This document shows positions 20,116 through 29,529 of a stretch of DNA of 64,000 bases, one piece after another. The notes under the pieces are model-generated. The model had not been told where the DNA came from and did not search any database. It worked only from the letters and a program-made list of their open reading frames with translations. Where the stretch lies: the IMG/VR virus record IMGVR_UViG_3300032304_003098, positions 1 through 64,000 of that record; one strand, written 5' to 3'. Position numbers and translations under genes: made by a program. This DNA is from a virus. Each line of letters begins with the position of its first letter. Position 1 is the stretch's first letter.

Positions 20116-20736
20116 ATGGCAAAAGAAAAAAACATCCAGGTATTAGCAGAGAATTTTATTCAGGGAAAAGATGACACATCGTTTAAATTTTTATTCGACC
20201 GGTTAAAGCCCGGAGTTTTAAACCACTGTTTCACAATTCTTAAAGATATGGAATTAGCAGAAGACGCTTTTTTAAATTCCATGGCCAAGGTCTGGCAAAA
20301 AATTGACCAATATGATGTAGAAAAGGGTAATTTTTCTACGTGGTGCTATAATATAGCCAAGAATGAATCATTACTTTTACAAAAAAGTAGAAAAAGATTA
20401 GTCAGTAAAACAACGGAAGAAATAGAACTAGATTCTACAAAAATGGATTCTGATTCTGTGGTTTATTCCGTGGAAGATGACCCGATCTGGAGTTTCCTGG
20501 CTGGAGGGTCAGATATAGACGAGGTTTATGAACAAGTGGTGGACGAAATAAGAGACCTTCCTGTTCTTTATCGTGACATCATGATCGACCGAGAGATCAA
20601 CGGCATGAAGTATAAAGACATAGCGGATAAATATGGAATAAAGAAAAGATCCATAGCTACAAGGATTAGAAGGGCGAGAACAAAAATTCGCAAGAAAATT
20701 GAGACCCTCACAAAAAAACCAATGAGAAATGATTGA
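20116..20736 (+). CDS. ECF-type RNA polymerase sigma factor
   Basis: Region 2 AEDAF...FSTWCYNIAKN; region 4 LP...GMKYKDIA...IATRIRRAR. Confidence 0.88.
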   Translation: MAKEKNIQVLAENFIQGKDDTSFKFLFDRLKPGVLNHCFTILKDMELAEDAFLNSMAKVWQKIDQYDVEKGNFSTWCYNIAKNESLLLQKSRKRLVSKTTEEIELDSTKMDSDSVVYSVEDDPIWSFLAGGSDIDEVYEQVVDEIRDLPVLYRDIMIDREINGMKYKDIADKYGIKKRSIATRIRRARTKIRKKIETLTKKPMRND

Positions 20737-21211
20737 TTTTATTTCTAGAATTATAGTCTCTGTCAAAATTTGGGAAATTTTCAAAGACTTAAAATTGTAT
20801 TCAGATTACCTTTCTATTATCAAAAAGGAATCTTTGAGTTCTCCTCAATGGAGTAAGCTGAAATTAAGAAAAGATTGGTTCGGTAGAATTTATACCGTGG
20901 TTAATCTTCCAGCCGAAGTTACACAATCGAGAGATTTCCCTACCGAGGCTAGGCCCGCGTATGTTTTCGAAGAAATTAGACCCATCAACGAATACCTCAC
21001 ACGATTAAATTTACATGAAATTATTGCTCCCCTCCTACAGCCTATAAAAGATACTGGCGGGGACTCCTATTTAGTAATTTATTATTTTGTTTTCCGTGAA
21101 ATAAGTTGGATTTGGCTTGTAAGATTTTCTTTGGAAGTCTTTGGTTTGATTTACGCAATTCAAAATTGGCATGAAATTTTACATGTGATAAACTCAACAT
21201 TTACATGGTAA
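20729..21211 (+). CDS. Hypothetical membrane protein
   Basis: Translationally coupled ORF with hydrophobic C-terminus. Confidence 0.6.
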   Translation: MIDFISRIIVSVKIWEIFKDLKLYSDYLSIIKKESLSSPQWSKLKLRKDWFGRIYTVVNLPAEVTQSRDFPTEARPAYVFEEIRPINEYLTRLNLHEIIAPLLQPIKDTGGDSYLVIYYFVFREISWIWLVRFSLEVFGLIYAIQNWHEILHVINSTFTW

Positions 21212-22005
21212 ATTGGGAAGAGGTCAAGTCAGATTATCAAAAAAAATTGGATTTTTTTAAAGATCCCTATTTCATTTTCGAAGAACAAAGTCACTCTTAT
21301 ACTTACCGGGGAGTTGTCTATGACTCGGTAACAACTTTTCTCAGAAGATTTAAAATTCCCTTTGATCGTGATTATTGGATCAAAAGGAAAGCAGCAGAAG
21401 CAGGGGTAGACCCTTCCGTCATAGAAAACGACTGGACACAAAAGGCAGTAACAGCAGCTTCTTTAGGAACTAGAGTTCATAAATGGATTGAAGATTTCTG
21501 GAGTGGGGAAAATCCGGTTATGCCAGAAAAGGAAGAAGATATTAGAAGAGTTGAATCTTTTTTACAATTATACGAATCCAAATTGAAAAACTTAGTGCCT
21601 TTGAAATCTGAATTGAAGATATTTTCCAAAAAATGGAGACTGGCTGGCACTGTAGATCAACCTTTTCTGATGTGGGATGAAAAACAAAGTAAAGTTTTGT
21701 TTTTGGTTGGGGACTGGAAAACCAACAAAGACTTCAAAGACGATGAACACCCTAAAGGCAGATATAAAAAATTACTTCATCCCTTTGCCGATCTGTACGA
21801 AAACTCACACAACGAATATTCCATTCAAATTAGTTTGTATCGTCTGATTTTAGAGGATGAATTAGGAATAGAAACTCATGGAGGTTTTTTGGTTCACATT
21901 GGTCCAGAAGGCAATGCCAAAATTCATCCGGTGAAAGATCTAAGGGAAAGATTGAAAGCGTATCTTCAACAAAATAGAGAAAAATTTGACGTTTTTGCGA
22001 TTTGA
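21205..22005 (+). CDS. PD-(D/E)XK superfamily exonuclease
   Basis: SVTT, GTRVH, LAGTVD, DWKT, YSIQISLY motifs. Confidence 0.8.
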   Translation: MVNWEEVKSDYQKKLDFFKDPYFIFEEQSHSYTYRGVVYDSVTTFLRRFKIPFDRDYWIKRKAAEAGVDPSVIENDWTQKAVTAASLGTRVHKWIEDFWSGENPVMPEKEEDIRRVESFLQLYESKLKNLVPLKSELKIFSKKWRLAGTVDQPFLMWDEKQSKVLFLVGDWKTNKDFKDDEHPKGRYKKLLHPFADLYENSHNEYSIQISLYRLILEDELGIETHGGFLVHIGPEGNAKIHPVKDLRERLKAYLQQNREKFDVFAI

Positions 22006-22051
22006 CTTGAAACAAAAATTGGGTTTTTTCTAAAAATAGAAAAAAATAACC

Positions 22052-22576
22052 ATGTCAAAAAAAGCAACGGTAAAAAATACCAGAATTGAAAATTCTTCTT
22101 CGGTGAAAGAAATAACAAAAGCCGAATTAGACGATATTGTCAGCCATCTTGATGAAAATAGAATTCAAGAATGTGAAAAAAGATTGAACGAGGCTAAAGA
22201 AGATTTGAGCCAAAAAGTTTATGCAGTCAAATTTGAGAAGAAAGAAGATGTAGATTCTTTTTTCGATTTCATTTCTTTAGAGGCAGAATGGAAAGAAAAA
22301 GAAGCTTTGGGGATTATTGAGATTTGCAGAATTATCGAAGAAATCAAAAAACAAGGAGTCAAACAAAATACCTTGTTTCTAAATGCTTTACCTTTGGAAG
22401 CTAGCCACTATTTTCTTTCTAAAGTTTCCGGTAAGGGTCTCAAGGAAGCTAAAAGATTCATTTCTATTTTGAAACCATTTGGTTTAGCTTTAGAATTAGC
22501 CAAGCAAGATGCAGCTAAAATTGGAGATTTAGAAAAGGAATTGGCCGCTGCCCAACAAGGTTTAGAGCTTTCTTGA
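22052..22576 (+). CDS. Hypothetical helical protein
   Basis: ORF behind GAAAC-N16-CTAAAA (22009). Confidence 0.65.
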   Translation: MSKKATVKNTRIENSSSVKEITKAELDDIVSHLDENRIQECEKRLNEAKEDLSQKVYAVKFEKKEDVDSFFDFISLEAEWKEKEALGIIEICRIIEEIKKQGVKQNTLFLNALPLEASHYFLSKVSGKGLKEAKRFISILKPFGLALELAKQDAAKIGDLEKELAAAQQGLELS

Positions 22577-22668
22577 TTTGGATCGGTTTGATACATCAAA
22601 TCAAATAAAAATACAAGCCAAACAATAAAAAAGTCAAAAATTAATTAGTACAAATTAAATTTTGGTCG

Positions 22669-22715
22669 AAAGCCTCATAAAGGATCTACAAATTATCCTT
22701 ATGAGGCTTTTTTTT
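22669..22715 (+). terminator. Rho-independent terminator
   Basis: aaagcctcataaaggat...atccttatgaggcttt stem followed by a T-run. Confidence 0.8.
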
Positions 22716-22801
22716 AATCTATACCTTCAAAATTTTGGTGTAAATCGAAGTTGTTAAAAATAGATTTGAAAGAGGGATATATAGAAAATAAAATTATTTC
22801 T

Positions 22802-23080
22802 ATGATACAAAAAATTAAAAACAATTACCAGGTAATTTTTCTTTGTCTTTTTTTTCTGTTTTTTTTAAAACAGTGTGGCATCAGCAGAGATATAGAAAGA
22901 ATTAAAAAAGAAAATTTGAAAATTTCAGGTAAAATGGATTCACTCGTTTCGAAAAAAGATCTTATTATAGAGGGATTAAAAACCGAAAATAGAATGATTC
23001 AATCCACAGACAGAAAGATGATAGATGTAACCAGACAATCATCAATTCGCCAAGAAATTCAAAAATTAGAAAACGAATGA
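22802..23080 (+). CDS. Small membrane-anchored coiled-coil protein, possibly lysis-related
   Basis: Hydrophobic N-terminus ending in KQC; GATATATA at 22776 favours ATG 22802. Confidence 0.5.
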   Translation: MIQKIKNNYQVIFLCLFFLFFLKQCGISRDIERIKKENLKISGKMDSLVSKKDLIIEGLKTENRMIQSTDRKMIDVTRQSSIRQEIQKLENE

Positions 23081-23865
23081 AAAAGCATTTGCACTGGTTC
23101 ATCATTTCTACTTTTGTCTCACTGTATTTGGTTGTCAGTATTATCTCTACTATCCACGTTATAGATTTTTTTAAATTATCAAATCCAGATTGGCTTGCTA
23201 TATTTTTGGCCATTTCGTTTGAAATAGGAGCTGCAGCTTCTTTAGCATCCTTGATAGTACTAGAAAAAATGAATAAAACCCTCGTTTGGGTTCTATTCTT
23301 GTTATTGACCGCCATGCAAGCTATGGGAAACACATATTATGCTTTCATAAATCTGGAAAATTTTGAAGCATGGAGCCAACTTTTTGGTTTAGAAGAGGAG
23401 GAATTAATATTTCAAAAAAGAATTTTGAGTTTAATCTCGGGTGCTATTTTACCTTTGGTTGCCCTTGGCTTTATCAAATCTTTGGTTGATTATTTAAAAC
23501 CAAGTGAAAAAAATTCATATGTCACAAAAACGGATGATTTAAATTCAGATGGCAAAACCTCTGAAACGTCAAAGAGGGATGAAAATATTTCTATGAAAGA
23601 CCCACGACAAGTAGAAATGATTATCGACGGAGGTGGGATTTTAGTCAATTCTGTGGAAGATTCAGAACTTATTAGTTCGGAGAACCCAACAGCAGAGGAA
23701 ATAGTGGAAAATCTAAATCCAGTCTTAATAGAAAAGGAAAGTGAAATTGAACAATTAGATAAAAGCCAAAATTCAGAAAACAATTCAAACCTCGAAAATG
23801 CAAATACTAACCGCCCAAAATTAAGCGATCGACCTTCATCCCAGGTGGATCCTACTCTTTTGTAA
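23077..23865 (+). CDS. Multi-pass membrane protein with acidic disordered tail
   Basis: About 4 hydrophobic segments in the N-terminal half. Confidence 0.6.
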   Translation: MKKHLHWFIISTFVSLYLVVSIISTIHVIDFFKLSNPDWLAIFLAISFEIGAAASLASLIVLEKMNKTLVWVLFLLLTAMQAMGNTYYAFINLENFEAWSQLFGLEEEELIFQKRILSLISGAILPLVALGFIKSLVDYLKPSEKNSYVTKTDDLNSDGKTSETSKRDENISMKDPRQVEMIIDGGGILVNSVEDSELISSENPTAEEIVENLNPVLIEKESEIEQLDKSQNSENNSNLENANTNRPKLSDRPSSQVDPTLL

Positions 23866-23866
23866 T

Positions 23867-24547
23867 ATGTTAAACGAGAACAATTCTATAATTGGTGGAG
23901 ATCTTGATATTTATGGAGGTAGTTCTTCAGCTGTCACGGGAGGTACTTATTTCGGTGAGGGTTCTTCCGAAATAGGATTAGATCCGGGACCCTCTGCTAA
24001 TTTTGATACTAGATACACTTTAATTGCTTTGAATCCGGGGGGTTTAGAGAGGGTTAATCTTACTTTTTCAAATTTCAACGACCCCCACAATATTAGATTT
24101 TACAACACATCCATGAATGTTGCTTGGCAAGACGTAACCGAGCAAAAATTGGATTTGGTTGATTTTTTCTATCCTATTAGAGATTTTTCTGGGTATCAGC
24201 AGCAAACTTTTGTCATAGCTCCCTACACTTCTGTTAATTTAGATCAAGGAGATTTTGACACAACTCTAGGAGAAATTGGACTATTTGTTGCCCGTGCACA
24301 ATTTTATGCTGATGCAACCCCCGACCAAAGAATGCTTTATTGGCAGTACGGTGGGTCTAATCGTTATATCATGGCTGATTTCATGATGTTAACTGGACAA
24401 GTGAAAAATGGACAGATTTGGAAAGGATGGCAAACCAGCAATAACGTTAGTTCTGAAATTGGATATACTGGTGCAGCGACTGGGGGTTTTATTTTTTCAA
24501 ACCCAACAGAATACAATGTAAAATTAACGGTTTTAACCGCAAGTTAA
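23867..24547 (+). CDS. Putative structural protein, paralog of 24549..25091
   Basis: Both end GGxxFxNP...(Y/F)xVKLxVLxA. Confidence 0.55.
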   Translation: MLNENNSIIGGDLDIYGGSSSAVTGGTYFGEGSSEIGLDPGPSANFDTRYTLIALNPGGLERVNLTFSNFNDPHNIRFYNTSMNVAWQDVTEQKLDLVDFFYPIRDFSGYQQQTFVIAPYTSVNLDQGDFDTTLGEIGLFVARAQFYADATPDQRMLYWQYGGSNRYIMADFMMLTGQVKNGQIWKGWQTSNNVSSEIGYTGAATGGFIFSNPTEYNVKLTVLTAS

Positions 24548-24548
24548 G

Positions 24549-25091
24549 ATGGCTACCCGACCTATTATTTGTCCCCCAACTCCTCCCAACGGCTGGGTTT
24601 TTTTCAAAAACGAATTTGTATTGGAGGAGAATTTCAATTATACAACTTTTTTTAATTTCAAAGATTTAGTCTTTGGAGTTGAAACTTACTCTAGACTGCA
24701 AATCACATTGAAAAGAAATAAATCTATTTTGTTGAGTCAAACCGATATAGCAACGGAAGGATTTGTTAGATGGATAGCGGTTAAGGTACAATACCCTGCT
24801 CCTAAGAATCCCATTTTATTCTCTGCTCAAACCCCGATTATTCCTGGACTACCGAGACCTACCAATGGAACACCCCAAATTCAAAAGTATATTCATTGGA
24901 CATATGAAGGTAAAACTTACAATCTAGGCGAACTTATGGTACTAAGCGGAAACCCTTTGGGTTCAACCGATGCTGATGTTACTGGTTGGAATTTAAGCGA
25001 ATATGACTTGGTTTACCCAGGAGGAGGCATAACTTTCACCAACCCACATTCCGATTTTGATGTGAAGTTACAAGTTTTGATTGCTAAATAA
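24549..25091 (+). CDS. Putative structural protein, paralog of 23867..24547
   Basis: Shared C-terminal motif and W-x-Y-x-G segment. Confidence 0.55.
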   Translation: MATRPIICPPTPPNGWVFFKNEFVLEENFNYTTFFNFKDLVFGVETYSRLQITLKRNKSILLSQTDIATEGFVRWIAVKVQYPAPKNPILFSAQTPIIPGLPRPTNGTPQIQKYIHWTYEGKTYNLGELMVLSGNPLGSTDADVTGWNLSEYDLVYPGGGITFTNPHSDFDVKLQVLIAK

Positions 25092-25153
25092 AAAAAAATT
25101 CGGAAAATTAAAGTTCTGGATGATATATATGAAGAAAAAAATTTCAAAGTAAA

Positions 25154-27820
25154 ATGGATTTACTCAATAAACTAAAAACTCTTAGAAATACAACTACTTC
25201 TCCTGAAGTGAAAGCTATCTGCGAATCTAACATTCAAAAAATAGAAAGGGGGGAGCCAAACATTAATTCAGATTCGATTATGGAGTCGATCCAAAATTTC
25301 GAACCGCTGAACGAAAATGTTCAAGATCCCTTTCAATTAATGAGAGAGCAAGAACTAAATCGTTCTAAAAATGCTGCCAGCAGATTAATGGAATCCTGGG
25401 GAGGAATTGGTAACGGCTTGTCAAAAAATGCTGGAAGTTATGTTGAGGGAGAAAAAGCACAGCCTCAAAAATTTGATTCCACTAGTTTGAACGAAAGCTT
25501 GTCCCACCTTTCTTCACAAGACCAAGGAGCAGCAGCATTCTTGAAGTCCGAAGAAGTAAACAACTTGGGTGTTTTTGAAAGCATTAACACGATTAGGAAT
25601 TCTGGGATTTTTGAACATCCTTCTATCAAAATTATTTGTGAAAAATACTTTCATCTTTTAAAAAACAAGAATATGCCAGAATTTTTGGTAGCAGAAGGAT
25701 TTTTACAGGATTTAAAAAACTTCGATTGGGATGAAAGAATTCAGGACATCACCGAATCGCTGAGTGAAAAATTGACAGATCTAAGACCAGAAATAGAAGT
25801 TTCAAAAGCTCTTTATGCTATTTCAAGTAATGCTGGCTCTGATTTCTATTCCCCGGTTACTGAATCTTTAAACAAATGGCTCGTGTCGGAAAACAAATCT
25901 ATCTCTTTATTGTCTAAAGATATTTCCAGATGGCAGTTTAATCCGATAGTTAGAAATTTGCTGAACAATCTTTCTCTTTTGGAAAAAGACTCTTCAAAAT
26001 TGAATATTCCTATTCACGCCGGAAATTCTTCAGTCCGCAGGGTTTATTCTCCGGTTTTGGTAGAAGGGGGAAAAACAATTTTTACCGTCGGATCGAATGT
26101 ATTTGAAGGTTCAAACCAAGGTCTGAAAAGATTGAATCGTGGCCAAGTTGCTGCTTTACCTAAAAATTACTTGTCAGTTTTGGAATCTTTCTATGCTTCA
26201 TATGTGAAGGTAAACGAAAATGGATTGAATGTATTTGTAGGTAAACACAAATTTTCATTGATTGAAGAATCCGAAAAAACTTCAGTTCTTTGTAATGGTA
26301 ACCCCCTGAGGTTTGATTCCAAAATCAATCTTTCTAAAGCTATCGGTATAGAAATTTCAGGTTCTACTGGAGTAAATGAAAACAAAGTTGTATTTGACAT
26401 TTTGAATTTGTACGAGAACTTTTCGTCTATCGTGGAACTAGACTTTGCTAAAAGAATCGAGTCCAAAGTCTATGAAGGAGCTTCTGTTAATTTAATTAAA
26501 TGGCAGGACAGAATCTTCTTAAATAGAATCAATGAATCAATGTCTGATAATTCTGTATTTGAAGTCAATGGAACTCAGGCCACAAACATGGTAAGAGAAT
26601 TTTTGAAGTATGATATTTCAGAGGGTCTTACTGAATTTTTGGAAGGAGAATCTAGGATTAAGTCCATTATGCTCAATGATAGAAAGAAGCTGATGGAAAA
26701 TATCACTGTTTTGGAAGGGCAATTAAATAAAGTTGAATCTCAAATGAGTCTTAGTCCGTTGTTTGCCAATTCTCCAGAATTACATAGGGCACAAAATTTG
26801 TTGGAAAAAGAACTTTCATCTCTCCGCAAAAAATGGTCAGCAGTAAATGCTGAATTGGAAAAGATTGAATCCCAACCTCTTTCTTTCGAGGAAATGTTCG
26901 AAGACGACAAATTCAACGTGGGTGAATATATTAAGGTAATTGAATCAGGGAATACTGGTAAAATAATTTCTATTGATAGCACTTCTGGATCTTATACGGT
27001 CCTCATGGATAATGGCAGAACCGGAGATTTCAAAATTGATGAAATTGTAAATCTGGATGATGCTTTATCTATGGCAGGTGACGAGAATCAAGCAGATGCC
27101 GAAACTCAGGAGGAACTGAAAGAAGCTTCTCAACAGTTGGCTACAGCACCTGGTAAATCAACCAAGGAAAAAAAGGATGCAGTCCCCGGTAATACAATGA
27201 GAAAAAATACCAAAGCTGCTCCTAAAGGTAAAGACAACAACAAACTAGGACAGAAAGATTATGAAAATTTGAAAGATGCAAATTTAGAAGAAGCTCCAGA
27301 AGGCAAGGAAAAACACACCAAGTACAAAGCAACTAAAGGAGCTGGTTATAATTTGTCGGAAGATACCAGGTTCAATAAATCTGATGTTAAACTTATGAAA
27401 CTTGCTGAGACCCCTGGATCTGAAGAAGGAGATGCAGATTACGACGTGAAGGGAATCAGATATAAGGCAAAAAACCCACAAGTCATGAAGACTGATCCAA
27501 ATTTTGCTTCAGCTCCAGGTAGTGTTAAAGGGAAAAAACTTCATTACAAGGTAGATGATGAAATGGGTTACAATGTGGATGAGCAAAATGATTTAGAAAA
27601 AACAAACCAAAATTTGGCTGTTGCTCCTGGTAAATCCGAAGGAGAAGCTGGATATGCAGTGAGAACTATCAAAGGTAAAGCACACAGTCCCCAGTTGGAT
27701 AAGACAAATCCAAATTTTGCAATAGCGCCTTCTAAAGGAGCAGATGGAAAGTTGGGATACAAGTCAAATTCAGAAATGGGTTATAACATTGACGAAAGCG
27801 AAGAGTCAAAAAAAAACTAA
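25154..27820 (+). CDS. Large putative prohead-core/internal head protein with an SH3/KOW-like domain and C-terminal AP repeats
   Basis: GATATATA at 25122; many (L/I/V)xES sites; FNVGEYIKV...GKIISID; repeats LATAPGK/FASAPGS/LAVAPGK/FAIAPSK. Confidence 0.55.
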   Translation: MDLLNKLKTLRNTTTSPEVKAICESNIQKIERGEPNINSDSIMESIQNFEPLNENVQDPFQLMREQELNRSKNAASRLMESWGGIGNGLSKNAGSYVEGEKAQPQKFDSTSLNESLSHLSSQDQGAAAFLKSEEVNNLGVFESINTIRNSGIFEHPSIKIICEKYFHLLKNKNMPEFLVAEGFLQDLKNFDWDERIQDITESLSEKLTDLRPEIEVSKALYAISSNAGSDFYSPVTESLNKWLVSENKSISLLSKDISRWQFNPIVRNLLNNLSLLEKDSSKLNIPIHAGNSSVRRVYSPVLVEGGKTIFTVGSNVFEGSNQGLKRLNRGQVAALPKNYLSVLESFYASYVKVNENGLNVFVGKHKFSLIEESEKTSVLCNGNPLRFDSKINLSKAIGIEISGSTGVNENKVVFDILNLYENFSSIVELDFAKRIESKVYEGASVNLIKWQDRIFLNRINESMSDNSVFEVNGTQATNMVREFLKYDISEGLTEFLEGESRIKSIMLNDRKKLMENITVLEGQLNKVESQMSLSPLFANSPELHRAQNLLEKELSSLRKKWSAVNAELEKIESQPLSFEEMFEDDKFNVGEYIKVIESGNTGKIISIDSTSGSYTVLMDNGRTGDFKIDEIVNLDDALSMAGDENQADAETQEELKEASQQLATAPGKSTKEKKDAVPGNTMRKNTKAAPKGKDNNKLGQKDYENLKDANLEEAPEGKEKHTKYKATKGAGYNLSEDTRFNKSDVKLMKLAETPGSEEGDADYDVKGIRYKAKNPQVMKTDPNFASAPGSVKGKKLHYKVDDEMGYNVDEQNDLEKTNQNLAVAPGKSEGEAGYAVRTIKGKAHSPQLDKTNPNFAIAPSKGADGKLGYKSNSEMGYNIDESEESKKN

Positions 27821-27996
27821 AAAAAATACTCAGCCGGGTTTGGGCTTTCGCACCCTCGAGTCCAGATCAAGACAAAAAACCCGAGCCTTTTGTGAATGAT
27901 TATAAAAAAGGTTTGAGTTTTGCTCCTACTGGGAAACCTGAGTCTGAAAATAACTTAGAATTTAGGGGAGATAATACTGAGGAAAATAAAGTCTAA
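27806..27996 (+). other. Candidate -1 programmed frameshift (A AAA AAC) and 59-codon extension
   Basis: -1 frame 27817..27996 is open and encodes two more AP repeats. Confidence 0.6.
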
Positions 27997-27998
27997 GT

Positions 27999-28026
27999 GA
28001 AACTAACCTCGAGGTTAAAACTAAGA
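27999..28026 (+). promoter_or_regulatory. Putative ECF-type middle promoter GAAAC-N17-CTAAGA
   Basis: Directly upstream of the gp55-like gene; matches the recurrent motif. Confidence 0.45.
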
Positions 28027-28054
28027 TTCTAAGTTATCCATTTTCAAACAAATA

Positions 28055-28414
28055 ATGTCTAAAGTTTATGTTACAAATGCTAGTTTAATGGAAGCCATTT
28101 TGGAGTCCAAAGAAAAAGGGCAGTTGACACCAAAAACTATAGAAATGTTTAATTTGATGATAACAGGTATTTCCAAGAAAATGGCTTACAAAGATCCAGA
28201 CGACAAAGCAGATTGTATGGCTTTTGCAATGGAAGACCTTTGTAAATATTGGAACAGATTTGATCCTGCCAAATCTAATAATCCGTTTGCTTATTATACG
28301 CAGATAGCTAAAAATGGATTTGCCAAGGGATGGAAAAAAATACATCCTCCAAAAGCACCCAAAACTATTCCATTTTCTTATATTACAGGAGAAGACAATT
28401 CCTATAATATTTAG
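28055..28414 (+). CDS. Late-transcription sigma factor (T4 gp55-like, short)
   Basis: YVTNxxL start; FDPAKSNNPFAYYTQIAKN signature. Confidence 0.8.
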   Translation: MSKVYVTNASLMEAILESKEKGQLTPKTIEMFNLMITGISKKMAYKDPDDKADCMAFAMEDLCKYWNRFDPAKSNNPFAYYTQIAKNGFAKGWKKIHPPKAPKTIPFSYITGEDNSYNI

Positions 28415-28900
28415 ATGACTGACATTAAGAAAATCAAGCCTAATGGGGATTATAAATCTGGTTTGTATGTGCCAGTCAATCCTGAAAAATATGTGGGTGA
28501 TATCCACAATATTATTTGTAGATCTAGTTGGGAATTTCGTTTTTGTAAATATTGCGATAACAACGAAAAAATTCTGAAGTGGAGTTCAGAGCCTGCGGCG
28601 ATTCCTTATTACAATCCACTCGACAAGAAAGAACATCAATATAACGTAGATTTTTACATTAGAGTTCTTCAAGATAATGGCACAGAACAAGACTGGTTAG
28701 TAGAAGTAAAACCCCAAAAACAACACCAGAAGCCAATCTATGAAGGAACCTACACCGAGGAAAAATTAAAATCATACAATCATAAAATGCAAATTTGGAT
28801 TACGAATCAATCCAAGTTCAAAGCCGCTAAACATTGGGCAGAAAGCAGGGGTATGAAATTTGGTGTAGTGGACGAAAAATTCTTGTTTCAAGGTAAATGA
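28415..28900 (+). CDS. Head completion nuclease (T4 gp4-like, TnsA-N fold)
   Basis: PVNPEKYVGD, RSSWE, WSSE, YNVDF, VEVKP, NQSKFKAA. Confidence 0.88.
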   Translation: MTDIKKIKPNGDYKSGLYVPVNPEKYVGDIHNIICRSSWEFRFCKYCDNNEKILKWSSEPAAIPYYNPLDKKEHQYNVDFYIRVLQDNGTEQDWLVEVKPQKQHQKPIYEGTYTEEKLKSYNHKMQIWITNQSKFKAAKHWAESRGMKFGVVDEKFLFQGK

Positions 28901-29499
28901 AAGACTTTGTAGAACAAGCTAAAAAGTTGAGAAATGAATTCTCTTCTCTGTCCAAATTGAATTCTTCAGTGAATGAAGAATTTTTGAAAAAATACGGCCC
29001 AAATTCAGATGAATCTTTAGAAAAATTTTCCTCTTTCAAAAGTGGAAAAATTTACTTTGCACTTAATACTACAAAATACAAAGCAGGAGAAAAGAATTCT
29101 TTTGTAAATAGATATCCGTGTTTCCTGTTCCTTTCAGAGGAAAGAACACAAAGCGGTATAATCTGTAAAGTGATGGACTTAACTATAATTCCTTCTGATT
29201 ATAGAGCGGAAATTCTCACCAGACTGACTTCAACTTTTGGTGAAATTATTCAAGAGAATATAAGAAACTTACAAAGTTCCCAAATGCCTTTAAATTTAAA
29301 AGGCGAAAATTTACAAAAAATTCTGAAAGGTACGGGATACGAGTTTGCAATTTTTGGTTTTAAAATGGAAAATTTACAAAATATCAAAATTGTAGATTAT
29401 GCAGATTGGATTAAAATTCCCTTCCTAAGTCATGCTTCTTTAGAGGGTCTCTCATTACAAAAGATATATAGCGAATATAAATCGAAAATAAAAATCTGA
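28897..29499 (+). CDS. Possible DNA end-protector (gp2-like) protein
   Basis: GKIYF...NRYP motif, adjacent to the gp4-like gene; weak match. Confidence 0.35.
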   Translation: MKDFVEQAKKLRNEFSSLSKLNSSVNEEFLKKYGPNSDESLEKFSSFKSGKIYFALNTTKYKAGEKNSFVNRYPCFLFLSEERTQSGIICKVMDLTIIPSDYRAEILTRLTSTFGEIIQENIRNLQSSQMPLNLKGENLQKILKGTGYEFAIFGFKMENLQNIKIVDYADWIKIPFLSHASLEGLSLQKIYSEYKSKIKI

Positions 29500-29529
29500 T
29501 TATGACTATAAAATCAAATTTCTGGCAAG

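Noticed and set aside
21205-22005. Cas4 / CRISPR-associated nuclease
   Set aside because: No Fe-S cysteine cluster, array or other cas genes; it is a generic PD-(D/E)XK exonuclease
28415-28900. TnsA transposase / Tn7-like element
   Set aside because: The same fold is the T4 gp4 head-completion protein; it lies among head genes with no tnsB, tnsC or terminal repeats
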